A stretch of DNA of 64,000 nucleotides, taken from contig NIVC01000294.1 of NCBI GenBank assembly GCA_002269645.1, positions 62,001 through 126,000 of the forward strand, read 5' to 3'. A model generated the notes under the pieces. It ran no database searches, was not told the origin of the DNA, and saw nothing but the letters and a program-made list of their open reading frames with translations. Positions 1 to 13,100 of the stretch are shown here, one piece after another. Position numbers and translations under genes: made by a program. The first letter of the stretch is position 1. Each line of letters opens with the position of its first letter. This DNA is from Macrostomum lignano (Eukaryota).

Positions 1-865
1 TCCTTGGCTTATCGAGTGCAGTAATCCTTGGTTTGCCAAGAGCAATAGTCCTTGGTTTATTGAGTGCAGTAATCCTTGGTTTATTAATAGCAATAATCCT
101 TGGCTTATCGAGTGCAGTAATCCTTGGTTTGCCAAGAGCAATAGTCCTTGGTTTTTTGAGTGCAGTAATCCTTGGTTTATTAATAGCAATAGTCCTTGGT
201 TTATTGAGTGCAGTAATGCTTGGTTTATTAATAGCAATAATCCTTGGCTTATCGATTGCAGTAATCCTTGGTTTGCCAAGTGCATAATCCTTGGTTTATT
301 AATAGCAATAATCCTTGGTTTATCGAGTGCAGTAATCCTTAGTTTATTAATAGCAATAATCCTTGGCTTATCGAGTGCAGTAATCCTTGGTTTATTAATA
401 GCAATAATCCATGGCTTATCGAGTGCAGTAATCCTTGGTTTGCCAAGAGCAATAGTCCTTGGCTTATCGAGTGCAGTAATCCTTGGTTTGCCAAGAGCAA
501 TAGTCCTTGGTTTATTGAGTGCAGTAATCCTTGGTTTATTAATAGCAATAGTCCTTGGCTTATCGAGTGCAGTAATCCTTGGTTTATTAATAGCAATAAT
601 CCTTGGTTTATCGAGTGCAGTAATCCTTGGTTTATTAATTGCAATAATCCTTGGCTTATCGAGTGCAGTAATCCTTGGTTTATTAATAGCAATAATCCAT
701 GGCTTATGAGTGCAGTAATCCTTGGTTTATTAATAGCAATAATCCTTGGCTTATCGAGTGCAGTAATCCTTGGTTTGCCAAGAGCAATAATCCTTGGCTT
801 ATCGAGTGCAGTATTCCTTGGTTTGCCAAGAGCAATAATCCTTAGCTTATCGAGTGCAGTAATCT
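1..865. repeat. 24-bp minisatellite (~36 copies, runs off the window start), two variant classes alternating as a 48-bp dimer
   Basis: Unit TCCTTGG(C/T)TTATCGAGTGCAGTAA alternates with TCCTTGGTTT(ATTAATAGCAATAA/GCCAAGAGCAATAG); explains the 8-aa-periodic ORFs at 33-709. Confidence 0.95.
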
Positions 866-934
866 AAGTGTTTTTATTTAGTCCTTTAATAAAAGCTTTT
901 AATAAAAAATTTTACACTACTACTTTTAAACTAC

Positions 935-996
935 TTAGATTAGATTCGAACCCAGGTCGCTGCATTAGCAGTCTGGTCTGCTCAGCTCTAGGCTAG
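935..996 (-). mobile_element. Degenerate tRNA-like sequence (SINE head or tRNA-Ser(GCT)-derived pseudogene)
   Basis: Minus strand reads TAGCCTAGAGCTG (A-box-like)...GACTGCTAAT (as in the tRNA-Ser GCT anticodon arm)...GGTTCGAATC (B box); no intact acceptor stem. Confidence 0.4.
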
Positions 997-2539
997 CTCT
1001 CATCGAAGTTATCAGTGAATTTGTACCACTTATATAATTAATTCAACACTCACACCAAGTCAGGTAGAGTAAAAAGTCACGCGAAGCAGTTATGACATAA
1101 TCAATTTCTTAGGCAAGTCAGTACCAGTGTCTATGAAAGTTAACAATATGGTTACGTAATATAAATTCAGTACTGCACTATACTTTCACCCTCAAAGCTG
1201 TGACGCAATTCAATTGAGTGTCAAATTCAGCCAGTACACAGACGATAAATAAAGTGTATTGTGATGCAATCTATTTCAGAATCAGAATTCAACCAGTCAG
1301 ATTTTTCTCTAGCATTCTTACAATGCATTTCAGGTCGAAAGAGCTGCTTGACCTTTGCAAAAAATCATGTTTTTCGAATATTTAATCCCTTTAACATTGA
1401 GCAATTTCTTAGCCAATATGCATGTACCGTCCCGGGAAAATTTCTGATCGAATGGTGCAAGTTTGAAGAAAATCGGTTGAGCCGTTCGGGAGAAAATCAA
1501 TTACAAGCAAGCAACCAAGCATTTCATTTTTAGTATATTAGATTATGTAATAGACATGTTAAGCTAAATTCTTTATTAATAAGCTAAGTTTTTGTTAGGG
1601 TACAATTATTGGTCTGACCATTCCTTGTTGTCCCCTAGCTCAAGTGTTGGCTTTATAACCAATAACTAAGGTTCTTAATGTTGTTAGACCTAACTCAACA
1701 CCAGATTAGTATTTAAAAATAAACTAACCTCCTAACATAGAAAAAAGGTCATTAAAATAAACAACTTTTGATATTAATTAAAAAACAAAGCTAAAATAGC
1801 AATTAGTTAAGATAAGATCCAACTCTTAATCCCAAAATACCTAATATCCTAGGAAGATTGTTACATTATTATTTCTTAATTTAAAAAATGGCACATATTT
1901 AATGTTTATTGATTATAAAAGGCATGTGTTATTGATTTTGATTGCATTAATTGAAATTTAAAACCTTATAAAGTTCCTTACATTGTTTGAAAGAATGATT
2001 TTTTCTATTTTATGGAATCCCATTTTAAATAACATTAAAGTAATTATCTTAAATGACTTGACATATGATTTTTAATTTTTGTTAAAGCAATGAATTTTTA
2101 TAAAATCATAGAATTATTGTCTAATTTTATATACATATTTTCTATAGCTGTTTTTCAATATTTAGTAAAAGTTAAATCTAGTAAGTTAACAGTAGAACTA
2201 CCTGACAATTACCTAAACTACCTGAACTACCTGACTACCTGAATTACCTGACAATTTTTTTTGCTGCACCGGAATGGAGCAACGCAGGCACACGAAATTC
2301 AAGAACACGGGCTAACTTTTTGTTGCGCACCTTCACAAACAAGAATCAAGTTGCCAACCCTCTGGACCATTGAGATATTTGACAATTCTGCCAGAAGGTC
2401 GGATTTTTCCCATAAGCGCTAGTGTATTCAGTACACCCCTGTGCACCAATCAGCACTGCACCTCAGTGCAGCCTTGCCAAGTCTCCAAATTTCATCAGCA
2501 CGTCGACCAAATGTGTCTGCATCAGCTCTGATTTCGTTG

Positions 2540-2905
2540 GTTATTGGCCTTTACCGAGACAGAGCTTCTGGACCTTCAACAGGTGGCACCAGGTGACTAT
2601 GAACACCTTGATGCGAATTTCTCTAGTTTCACCAATCAAGCCTCGACAGTGGGTAAGAATCAACCGCCAGACATTCTCAGCTAGTCTCTTAAGCATTCCG
2701 TCATCATCCCGATGCCGTCGGCTCCTTCAACAGATGACACCAAGTGACTATGGACATCCTGTTGCAAATATGTCAGGTTTTTCCTATCAAGCTTCAATAA
2801 TGGGCAAAACTCAACTGCTGGACATCCTCAGCTAGTCAGTCAAGCATTCAGCTATCACCCCGACACCGTCGGCACCTTCAACAGGTGGCACCAGGGGAGT
2901 AAGGA
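2540..2905. repeat. Degenerate tandem repeat, 151-bp period, ~2.5 copies
   Basis: CCTTCAACAG(G/A)TG(G/A)CACCA recurs at 2573, 2724 and 2875, exactly 151 bp apart. Confidence 0.75.
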
Positions 2906-3988
2906 CACCTGAGCATGATTTTTCATCATGCTCTTAACATTTCTGAAGCTCTTAAAATTTTTAAAGCACGGACATTGCTATAGTTAAACTTGAACTCATG
3001 TTGCTGTATATTTATATTATTATTACACAAAATTTTATGCATACAAGCCTTTAAAATTTAACTAAGAACTAGGTTTTTTGTACAAAAGGGTGTGCATTAG
3101 CATCATGGTCTTAAAAATTGCATCTTGAATTTTGACTCAGGGTGCGAAAAGCGCACCAGAATTTCTTGCAAGGATGTGATGCGGATTTCACAATTTAGTG
3201 TTATGGACTTTGAAACACACTATTAGTGTTAGACCAGTTTTTGTCTGCAGCAGTATAGCACATCCTGGTCTTGAAAATTGCACCCTGAAATCTTGCACAG
3301 GGTGTAAAATTGCACCCAAGTTATGGATGAAAAAACCCTAGAAGTCTAAGAACATCTTCAGAAATCATAATCTAATTAGAATATATAAACTTATAAAGAC
3401 AACAAAGATACAAAAGAAAAGGCAGCCTTATAGTCATAACATATTTTTTCTGTCAATCTAATAACTTTGAGGTACCAATATATTATAAATATAATAGATT
3501 ATATTGTTGCTTATGTTTTTATCTGATTATGGAAATACTATAATTTTATTTATAGTTTGTTTCAACTTTCCAAAGCTTTCTATTTGTGGTTAAAAAGTAC
3601 ACAAAGTTTATGATGTCTTTTGCTTAGAAAAATGTCCAAATTTTTACAAAAATGACTTTTTGCCAATTAATAACATATTAGGCCTAATCTAACATTTTAC
3701 CATTTATCTATTCTTAGATTGTATATATTACACATTAAAAACATTTGGCAAAAAAAATGGCTGATAAGGCAATGGCAAGCAAAAATATTGACTTTTTTTG
3801 TCTATCTTATGTGGAATCATGCATAGGTGCAACCTAGGGATTCACCCAGCCATTTCTATTGGCAACACACACAGATAAGTCGCTATTGGACGGAATAATA
3901 GTCATGTGACCACTTTTAGCCAATAGCAACTTACATGTGTGTGTTGCCATGGCATTAGAAACGGCTAGGTGTAGGTGATTCGGGTCCT

Positions 3989-5011
3989 GTCCATTTCGGC
4001 AACAAACCATTTTGGCGACACCCATTTTGGTGACAGGTCAATTTGGCGACAACCATTTTGGCAACAATTCTTAAATAGGATTTTTCATGTATTCTTATCT
4101 TATAGCAACAAAAAATTTTAGAACTTACACAAATTTACAACCTTTGTTTAAATGTTGTTAAAACAAATTATAGTGTTAAACTTTACATTAAACTTTAAAA
4201 GCTTTGTTAAAACTATGTTAAAATTTTTAATGTAAAACTTAATCAATGCATTGACAGTATAAAACCTGGACACTGATGGACATTTAGACACCAAAAGTAC
4301 AGTAAACGAATGAATTGCAATAAGAAATTAATGCTTTAAGAAACAATGAGAAAAAAGCTTGTAGAGGACTTTAAACATTAGTTCATTTGAATTACAATTC
4401 GTGTACAATGTCTACTCTTCCATAGGGGCATTCATGCCACTGCATGCAAGCAGCAATGCCTCAAGAGTTCTGGTGCCAGCTTTGTACTCTGTCCAGAGGC
4501 GAAAGAAGGCCTCCTGCCTCACACGCATTGCTGGCCTCATTTCCCGAATGTTGGCACCCTAGCTGACCAATGCTGCATCAATCTTAACCAAGAGAGCCTC
4601 TTCATGCAGCAACTTTAGCAGCTGGTAGAACTGCATGTTGGCCCTCATTACATGGTGCTACAGCTTATTATGCCATCCCTTGGTGTTGTTGTCTGTTCTA
4701 ATTGATAACTGGAAGACTAAGAGTTCATGCACTTGCCAATTAGAGTTGCAGATCCATGTGCCCTGGACATAGTTGCAGAGCCTGTGCATGACATTTGTGT
4801 ACATGTACAGACAAAGGGATAATGAAAATATCCATCAGATAATATAATAAGGCAAGTCTAAAACTTAGGCATTTAATTCCTAAGAGTGTCTTTTTTATAA
4901 GATAAGAAAACATTCAAAATCCTATTTAAGAATTGTTGCCAAAATGGTTGTCGCCAAATTGACCTATTGATGAAATGGGTGTTGCTGAAATGGTTTGTCG
5001 CCGAAATGGAC
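3989..5011 (-). mobile_element. Internally deleted Mutator-like (MULE) DNA transposon with ~90-bp TIRs
   Basis: GTCCATTTCGGCAACAAACCATTTTGGCGACA...TTCTTAAATAGGA (3989-4080) is inverted at 4920-5011; TIRs are built of CCATTTTGGC(G/A)ACA subrepeats; transposase relic inside. No convincing TSD. Confidence 0.75.
4412..4720 (-). pseudogene. MULE transposase C-terminal fragment with in-frame stops
   Basis: Manual translation VFQLSIRTDNNTKGWHNKL*HHVMRANMQFYQLLKLLHEEALLV...FFRLWTEYKAG matches the RTNNxxEGWHxxL motif typical of animal MULE transposase C-termini; two stops. Confidence 0.7.
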
Positions 5012-6449
5012 CAGATTCAGTATTCCCAAGGTTGCACATGAATATATAGAATGAGCCTAAAGATTGCCTGTCTTTGCTCCTTTGTAGTGTTATGTTAGGG
5101 TCCATGACTAGAACAAATATTATAGCTGCTGCATTGCAACTCTGTGCTTGATCAGCTCTACTTGTGGCTTTCTTTTAAGTGAGCATAGAAACATTGTCAT
5201 TAGGTTAGGCCTATGCAGTGTGTATTTCTATGGCAAAGCCAAAGGGTAAGCCTATATAAACAAATGTATGCAAGGCCTATAGCTTACAGGTTGTTTTAGT
5301 AAAGTTGTTTAGGGCTAAGCCTAGTCCTAGTTGACAATTTTTTGGTAGGGGGGCCTAAAAATTTGTAATTATAAAAAAGAAGTATACAGTCAGTCAGTGG
5401 TCACTCGTATTCTAGTAACTGGCATTACAAATTTACATAGCCTAGGCCTAATGCAATAGATGAAGAAAATTTCTCAAATGCTAGAACTAGAACACGGTAC
5501 TAAATACATGGTACGATTCTGAAAACGGAACATACAATATGAGAGCTCAAAACCGATTTTGGTTCTGGAATTGGTATAATGAAAATGCAATTTTACTGTA
5601 CTGTTCCTATAGTGTTTCATCTAATTGAAAAATATGCGACAATCGTTGATTTAAAAGTTACTATGTGAGTTATTGTGTACGTGTACACTTGCAAAAATTA
5701 AACAATAATTGGTTTTTTAATTGAGCTGCTAAACAAACGTTTTTTCCCATTAATGTTCATTTGTTTTATGTCTAATGATTTTTGTTTTAACGATTTTAAC
5801 AGTCTTAAAATTAAACCATCGGTTTTCAGAGAAACATAGTTAAAAATGAGCTTGTATTCAGCTTCAATTTAGTCAAGTTTTCAGCATTCCTTCTGTTTGC
5901 GATCACCTCAAACAGTGACAATCACCACTTAAAGCAGTTGTAAATATGAAAACCGACGATGGTTTCAAATGAAAAGAAACTACAAGTTGGCGAACTAACA
6001 TTGTTTATTTAAGGATGGTAAGATTGTTGTAGCTTATATTATATCACCTTCGGTTTGCGATCACCCAACCGTACGTTTCCCATTAAAATGATCGTGAAAT
6101 GAAGCTAGAAGGTAGAAGTAGGAAAGCGTGTCAAATACAAAAAATACTCGTAGTCACATGTCGAAAATCGCTGCTCATTTCAGATTGAGGGCATCGAAAT
6201 TCGAAATCCCCCCTCTTTCGCACCCTCTCTCACCTTCGGTTTACGATCACTTCCACACATGCACTTCGCTGAAATGATCGCAAACCAAAGCTGGCAATAT
6301 TACCTTTACCCTAACTTCATGTGCATTATGTAAAATTTTAATTTTAAGCCAGATTTGATGCACAATCATTTCTATGTGCATTACACATTCAAATGATTGT
6401 ATACCAAAGCTGATATATAAGCATCATCCAACCCATAGTCCGGATGGTG

Positions 6450-6990
6450 TAATGTGGTACGCCGGAAGGAAAAAGGAGGATTTTCAAGTGGTATGCCAGT
6501 GGTACGCCAAAAGAAAGACGCGGGGGTCCCTCAGTGTATAACTTTGAAAACAGTAAAAATATGGCGGACAAACTTTAACAATTATTAAAAAATAACAGAT
6601 ATAATCAGTGCTCAGAAATTTATTTACCAATAATACTAGGCTAAATTATTTTATTAATATATTTATAAAATGATAAATCAAGTTATACAATGCAGGAAAA
6701 AATATATGCAATTTTTTACATAAAATACATTGTCGTGTGATGTAGTCGTATCTTGTATGTCGTAATTTACGCAAAATTACAAAAAGTTTTTACTCTGGCA
6801 ACGATTTTTTTGCCTGGTGGTGCCAATGGTACGCTAAAAGTGGTATGCAAATTCAACTTCAGCTTGGTGGTACGCCAAAGGTGGTACGCCAAATGCTTTT
6901 TCGAATCGGTGGTACGCCAATGGTGGTACGCCAATTTTTCGGAAAACTCATTTGGTACGCCGGAAATCTCCGGCGTACCAGTCACCTTCC
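6450..6990. repeat. Cluster of about ten full or variant GTGGTACGCC motifs ending in a perfect hairpin (probable transposon subterminal region)
   Basis: Motif copies at ~6455-6510 and 6825-6960; 12-bp perfect stem TGGTACGCCGGA-aatc-TCCGGCGTACCA at 6953-6980. Confidence 0.6.
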
Positions 6991-9801
6991 GGAGTATGGC
7001 ATCCAACAAACCACACTTTCAATTTTGCATATTTTTTGTCAGATTGTTTTAAACATGCCATTTTTCTTCTGCAATGAGCAAAATATAAGGTGATTTTGCA
7101 AACTGAAATTAGGCTCTAGCAAAATAGAAGGTAGGCCCAATCATAAACTGAAGAATCACTAAGTTTTTTCTACCTTTGGCCAATGACCTAGTGGTTGGAC
7201 AATATCACATTTTCAAGCTTCTTGAGACTTGATATAACCAATATTTAAGATTAAGCCTAGTTAGTATCTGCTATCTAATAGAGTATAGACCCATTTACAC
7301 TATCTATCTATCTATCTATCTTTCAATGCTAATATTGTTTTTTGTTAAATTTGTACTAACTACAATAATAGAAAGAAAAACAAAGAAACAAATAAAACAG
7401 CTTGTTATAAACTTGATGTGTATCAAATATAAATATGATACTATCATAGTCACATACCTAGTCTAGACTTGAGTCTGACTAAGATAAAAAATTAGAATTT
7501 TGTTTTTATTTTTGAGTAAGATTAAACAAACAAAAAATGAGATTGAAAATAAGTGATTTGAGAATTGGAGATCAGGCTAAAATTGTGATTTTTATAGGAA
7601 GACTTATTCTTATAATAAGTTATAGGCCTATATAAAATTTAGCCTATAGGCCTAATGTCATTTTATATTGTCTTTTACTTTTTACTCAACAGCCACAATC
7701 TGTTGCTCTAGTAGCAGTAGCCTCTAGTTCTTAGAAGTTAGTGGCTCATGGTCCTGCAGAAAGTGTTGGCCTAATACTAGTAGGGCATTAGGTATTAGCA
7801 AAATCTCAACATTGTCAACTAAATCCTTAACCATATTGTTAGAAAAGTGCTTCAAAGCTAGCCAAGAGAGTTGCATAGTATTGGCCATTGACTATCCAGC
7901 CAAGCTGCTTTCCTAGCTCAACCTGCTAAAGCTATGCTTAGACTATTGTGACCTGACTCTCAGCACTAGCAGGCCCTAAGCAATGTCTAGTTTCCTATGT
8001 ATAAAAATATGCTAATGGCTAACAGTGACTATTTCAAGGCCACATTTAGTTTAGGCATATACAAAAGCTGGAGCCTTTTATCTGAAGCTCAAAGGTGTTA
8101 CAGCTGAGGGCCTACAGTCAATGTTAGAGTTTATATATACTGGCTTGTTGTCTCTGTCATTTGATTAGAGTGATGATATTCTCAATGTAGCATCATATCT
8201 TCATAACATTTTTATACTTTATTTATTGAATTTAATATTGCTTAACTGTTCTCAAATTCCAAGGCTAAACTGAAAATTTTGGGAATTTTTGAAATGACCT
8301 AAAAAGACCAAGTCTCAAAATCTTGAGATCTCAAAGTGCTGAAACTTTGTTGTTAGAAATTAAGATTAAGATCTTGCCAGGCCCTTTCTTTGACCACCTG
8401 CTTATTGTCATTTTGTTATAGCATTAATGGCAATCTTTTACTTTTGCACATTTAATTGTTTATTTTTCTTAGATATTTTAAATTTCAATGGGCACAAATG
8501 CACAATGATGTGGCTTTAAAGCTATAGTTCTAATGGTACAATATAACATACTGGAAAATGCATCTTTTGTTATGATATGCAAATGTACATAGCTTTTGTC
8601 TTACAAAAAAGATTTAAACAAAGTGATATCACATTTTAAGCATTATTGCTAAATTATTCCTATCCTTATAGAATATTAAATTTAGAACATGCTTACTTAA
8701 ATATATTATTTAAGCTTATATGAAATGAGCTTTACTTTAATATTTTTGCTATTTGTTAATTTATAAAAAAATTATATTGCATTCATAGTCTTTAAACCAA
8801 GGTTTTAATCATATTTAAGATGGTGGCATTTGCCTTAGAAAACTCTAGCATATATAAGGGGTCCCAAATGCACTTAGCATATAATCATGTCATATAGAGA
8901 TCACTAGTATAAATGTGGAACAACTTTTTAATGCATTTTTCATAATTATAAATCTAAAGCTAAATCTATAAACCTTAGTACTACATAGAAAAATTTATGG
9001 TATTGATTAAAATAGATATGGTTTGAGTTATTACATATATATAATATGTTACAAGGGTTTAAAAGAATGGATTGTCATGGAGTGTAGTAGTATATATAGT
9101 CTTAAAAATATAGAGGATATGACCCATGCCACTGTATAGGAGTTGGGTATTGAGGCTAGGTGGTTTAGCTTTGATGTACAGAACTTCAATTTTTTAAAAA
9201 CACCTATCAGTTTTTAAGCACTTTTTAGATTTAAAATTCTAGCACCTCTCTCACTATATGAAATGGTCTTAGATGGAAGATAGTTTGAAAGGCTGGCTTT
9301 ACTGTCTCAGAGGTCATGTAGTCTATCCCAAAGGCAGAAGCCTAGAGACTGTATGTTATCAGTGAGTAAATACTGACAAATTTCGCAAGAAAAGGCTAAT
9401 AAACAAGATGGTAAGAATGTTAATGTAAGAAAGCTAGTCTTACTGCAAAAGGCAGGGACTTGCTGTCTGCGCACAGATTTCTATGGTAAGCAGCGCACAT
9501 ACCAACCAGGCATCAAGTGAGACTCCTTCCCATCTAGCATGTCAGTTTGAACCAAGCTTGATCAGTAAGCCTAGCCGGCAGGAATGCAAGTGACATGCTA
9601 TGCCAGAAAATATCTAGCAGTTGGGAACAAACAAATTATGGATTCTGGTTGGGTAGGAAGAGGTTTTAATGCATTGAAATTGTTATTAACAGACTGTTGT
9701 TTAACATTGTTAATTATAATTTGTATAAAACTTAATTGCATGTTGTTGGCCTTTGAAAACTGAACCAAAGCCATACCCAACAATAAAAAACTGACATCAA
9801 A

Positions 9802-10143
9802 ATGACAGCGAATGGCACCGCTTCGGAACCATTTTTGCCGGTAGGCCGCAGTCCAGAGTCAATCTCAATGCTGCGCGGTCTCTCCGACCGGGAGTCAAAC
9901 AATCGCAGCGACATATTCTCCCAGTGTAGAAGCATGTTTCAAGTATGGTACTTTGGCCTCAGCTCGCCGCCAAATCTGTCAGACATGCAGTATCTTGGCG
10001 GGGCAGCAGCTGCTGGCCGCGCTGGCGACCCGTCGCAGCGGTGCAACATCGAGGAGCAGCTGCCGGACCTGCTGCGAATTTCTAAAGCTGCACCGCTGCC
10101 AGACGCGAGAGAGAAAGCCACGGAGCTTCTGGACTTTGTTGAG
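9802..10143 (+). CDS. SESN: Sestrin exon 1 (SESN1-long-isoform-type N-terminal domain)
   Basis: LPDLLRISKAAPLPDAREKATELLDFVE resembles human SESN1 LAHLLMLSKRCPFKDVREKSEFILKSIQ (recalled); ends GAG|GTGAGC, phase 0, in frame with exon 2. Confidence 0.75.
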
Positions 10144-13100
10144 GTGAGCGATTGATTTATTATTACACATTTTATGCGTCAATCTGTACACAGGCAGATT
10201 GAAGAGATTAATAATTGAAAATATTGACTTAAAATTTGACTTTGTCGCCAGTTTAGGTTAGGTTTAGGTTAGGGAACCGTAAACATGATTGATTGTAAAA
10301 ATGGAAACCGTAAACATGACTCATGTTAAAAAGAGTCCCGCAAAGACTGGGGTGTCGTGTGCTGTATGCAATGAAAAAGTAGGGTCTAAATCGTATCAAT
10401 AGCTTAAATAAATCTGCGCTGCGTGTACTTTTATTGGAAATCTACCCTCAGCTAGCTAGCATTGAGAGGGGAAAGAGATTTATAGCAAGGCAGCTGACTT
10501 TTTCATGCAGGAAATGGCGTGTTGGGAAAACTCTCTACGAGTGGGAGACGAAAAAATGGGCGGTAAGAGAGAGGGTTGCGGTTCCTAGTCGGTAAAGTGC
10601 ACCACTGATCTGACCTACAGCTGTACAACCGCTATTAATCTAAGAGTTTTATTTCTGCTGTTAAAATAAGTTTTCTTTTTACAGTTTTGAAAAGTTTAGC
10701 TACTCTCAGATTGAAGATTTAGATAACGCAAAACACTGTTACATGCATATTCAAGTGGCTTATAAGAGTGCGTGTGTGTGTTTTTTTAAATCGGTTATTA
10801 AAGCATGCCTAACCGGTGTGCCCCTCTCAGCTGTGTTCTTTCTGGGTGTCGGGTGACAAAGTCTTCTTGTACAATCGTATGCTGCTGCAATATCATGCGG
10901 CGCTGGTGTGCAAAAGGTAGATAAGAGAGTCGAGTGTGTTTTTTTGCTTTTTTTTTCTCTCTCTCTCTCTCTCTCTTTTGAAGGAAATCAAGATTCGTTT
11001 TACTTGTTGTTGTAGTGTCACTTCCTACTCGGCACCTATCTTTATGTTCAATATGTTCAAAATGCATATAGAATTATATTATATACTCAGCAACATATAC
11101 CAAACGCTTGGGGTTCTCTGACATGTTGCTGGGTATATTTAAAACTCTATAATTGCTCAATCAGCTTTGCCTGTCAGCTTGTATGCATAGAAAGACAAAC
11201 AGAAGACAGAGGGAAAGAAAATGTTTTGGAGGTAATATCGCTGGCGTTGCAAACGAAATATGAACGCAAAAAATCCAGGGGTTGGGAATTATTAGTATAG
11301 TTTTTTTATTGCTAAGAGAACGAATGAAAAGGTGAAAAATGGCCCAAAACAACCCCGTTGGGGTAGACCCAAAATGAATGCGTGCCTTGTGTAATGAGTA
11401 GTTGAACTACAAATGATCAAATATTAGATCATAATTTGACCTAAGTTACGATTTTCTATATTTTGGTTACTCCGTTTAACAGATTGTGCTTGAAGAGACA
11501 GGAGAAAGGATTAAAATTTTCAGAAGTTTCTAGAATTGAAAAGTTTGCAGGAAGTGCTGTTTATATTAACAATGCTTCAAGATCTTACTGACTATAAGCT
11601 ATATGATGTAGAACGCAATTTCCAAACTGTAAATTTTCTGCGCACACTAATGCATCTTGCTGAATTTCTTAGTTTTGATTTATTATATTGCTTCAATGGC
11701 GTGTACTTTTACATACAAACTACTGTTCGCTGACGTTATGCTTTCGCTTTGTCTGTCTGTGTGCTGTGCATGTTATTAATAATATGCTTTTGAAGTGTGT
11801 CTGTCTGGTGCCTAGATTTCTATACTAAACTTATTGTGTCCTCTGACAAATAGGCTGTGTCTAATAAATCTAATGAGTCTCATGCCTTTGCTAAACTGCT
11901 ACAAGTTAGGCTGTTGAGAGTGCCAAAACGTGTGTTTAGAGTGCCAAACTGGGTGTTTAGAGTGCCAAAATGGGTGTTTAGAGTGCCAAACTGGGTGTTT
12001 AGAGTGCCAAAATGGGTGTTTAGAGTGCCAAAATGGGTGTTTAGAGTGCCAAACTGGGTGTTTAGAGTGCCAAAATGGGTGTTTAGAGTGCCAAACTGGG
12101 TGTTTAGAGTGACAAACTGGGTGTTTAGAGTGACAAACTGGGTGTTTAGAGTGCCAAACTGGGTGTTTAGAGTGACAAACTCTGTGTTTAGAGTGCCAAA
12201 CTCTGTGTTTAGAGTGCCAAACTCTGTGTTTAGAGTGCCAAACTGGGTGTTTAGAGTGACAAACTGGGTGTTTAGAGTGCCAAACTTGGTGTTTTGGGTG
12301 CAAAACTAGGTGTTTAGAGTGACAAACAACTGGGTGTTTAGAGTGACAAACTCTGTGTTTAGAGTGACAAACTGGGTGTTTATTTAAAGTGCCAAAAGTT
12401 TTAGCACCGTAAGTATATTAAGATGCATAAGTAAGTCGCTAAAAGGGCTAGAATATAGTACTTCTGATTAATTTCATGCTTAGTTTGCATGCAAAAATGG
12501 CCTGTTAAAAACAGGGACCCTGGATTGTCTACTTGGTTCTAAACTACTCATAGGCTGATAATTTTAAATAAATATATATAGCAGATGATTTCTAATTAAT
12601 AAAGTTGTTGCACAGCTAATGCTTGAAAAAAAGCAGACAGATTCTAATGCTCTCTTATCGCTTTTATAGCTTCAAGACTGCCTGGATTTTAAGCGTTTAT
12701 CTTGTCTCTGAACTCTTAGCTGGGTCTGCCTATGCTTAATGTTTTGCTTGTGTGTGCTAAACTGTGCTAGCATTAGGTTACTGCTTTCCACTGCCTCAGT
12801 GCAAAGTTCAAGAATTTTTCTCTTTAAACTGTGTAATGGTTCAAATGTTTCAAATGCTTTTTCTGATTTCGTTACAAGTTTTTCGTAATAGAAAATTTGG
12901 TAATTTATTGGCATTAATTTGCTGCTGCATTTCTGCTGTTGCACATCGTTTGGCATTGAAGATGCTTTTGCCATCAAAACTGTTTTGCTGTGCTATCTTC
13001 ACGATTAATCTCTCTTCTCTAATCCTCTAATATCCCATCTCCCTATCCCTCTCCTCTCCCGCTTTTCTCCATCTCCCTCTCTTCCCCGCATCTCTCCCCT

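Noticed and set aside
33-709. Hydrophobic (AVILGLLI)n and (NQGLLHSI)n ORFs
   Set aside because: Direct translations of the 24-bp minisatellite; no unique flanking coding sequence.
5890-6295. CRISPR-like repeat-spacer pattern
   Set aside because: Only two or three degenerate units ~155-190 bp apart, eukaryotic context, no cas genes.
9580-9602. p53-like CAAG/CATG half-sites upstream of sestrin exon 1
   Set aside because: The two half-sites overlap and each has mismatches to RRRCWWGYYY.
10255-10340. AGGTTAGGTTTAGGTTAGGG telomere or Helentron-like motif after sestrin exon 1
   Set aside because: Too short (20 bp) and no element boundaries found.
11857-12309. CLECQNG (metallothionein or ferredoxin-like) and HSKHP repeat ORFs
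   Set aside because: All frames of a 21-bp intronic array; no independent coding signal.
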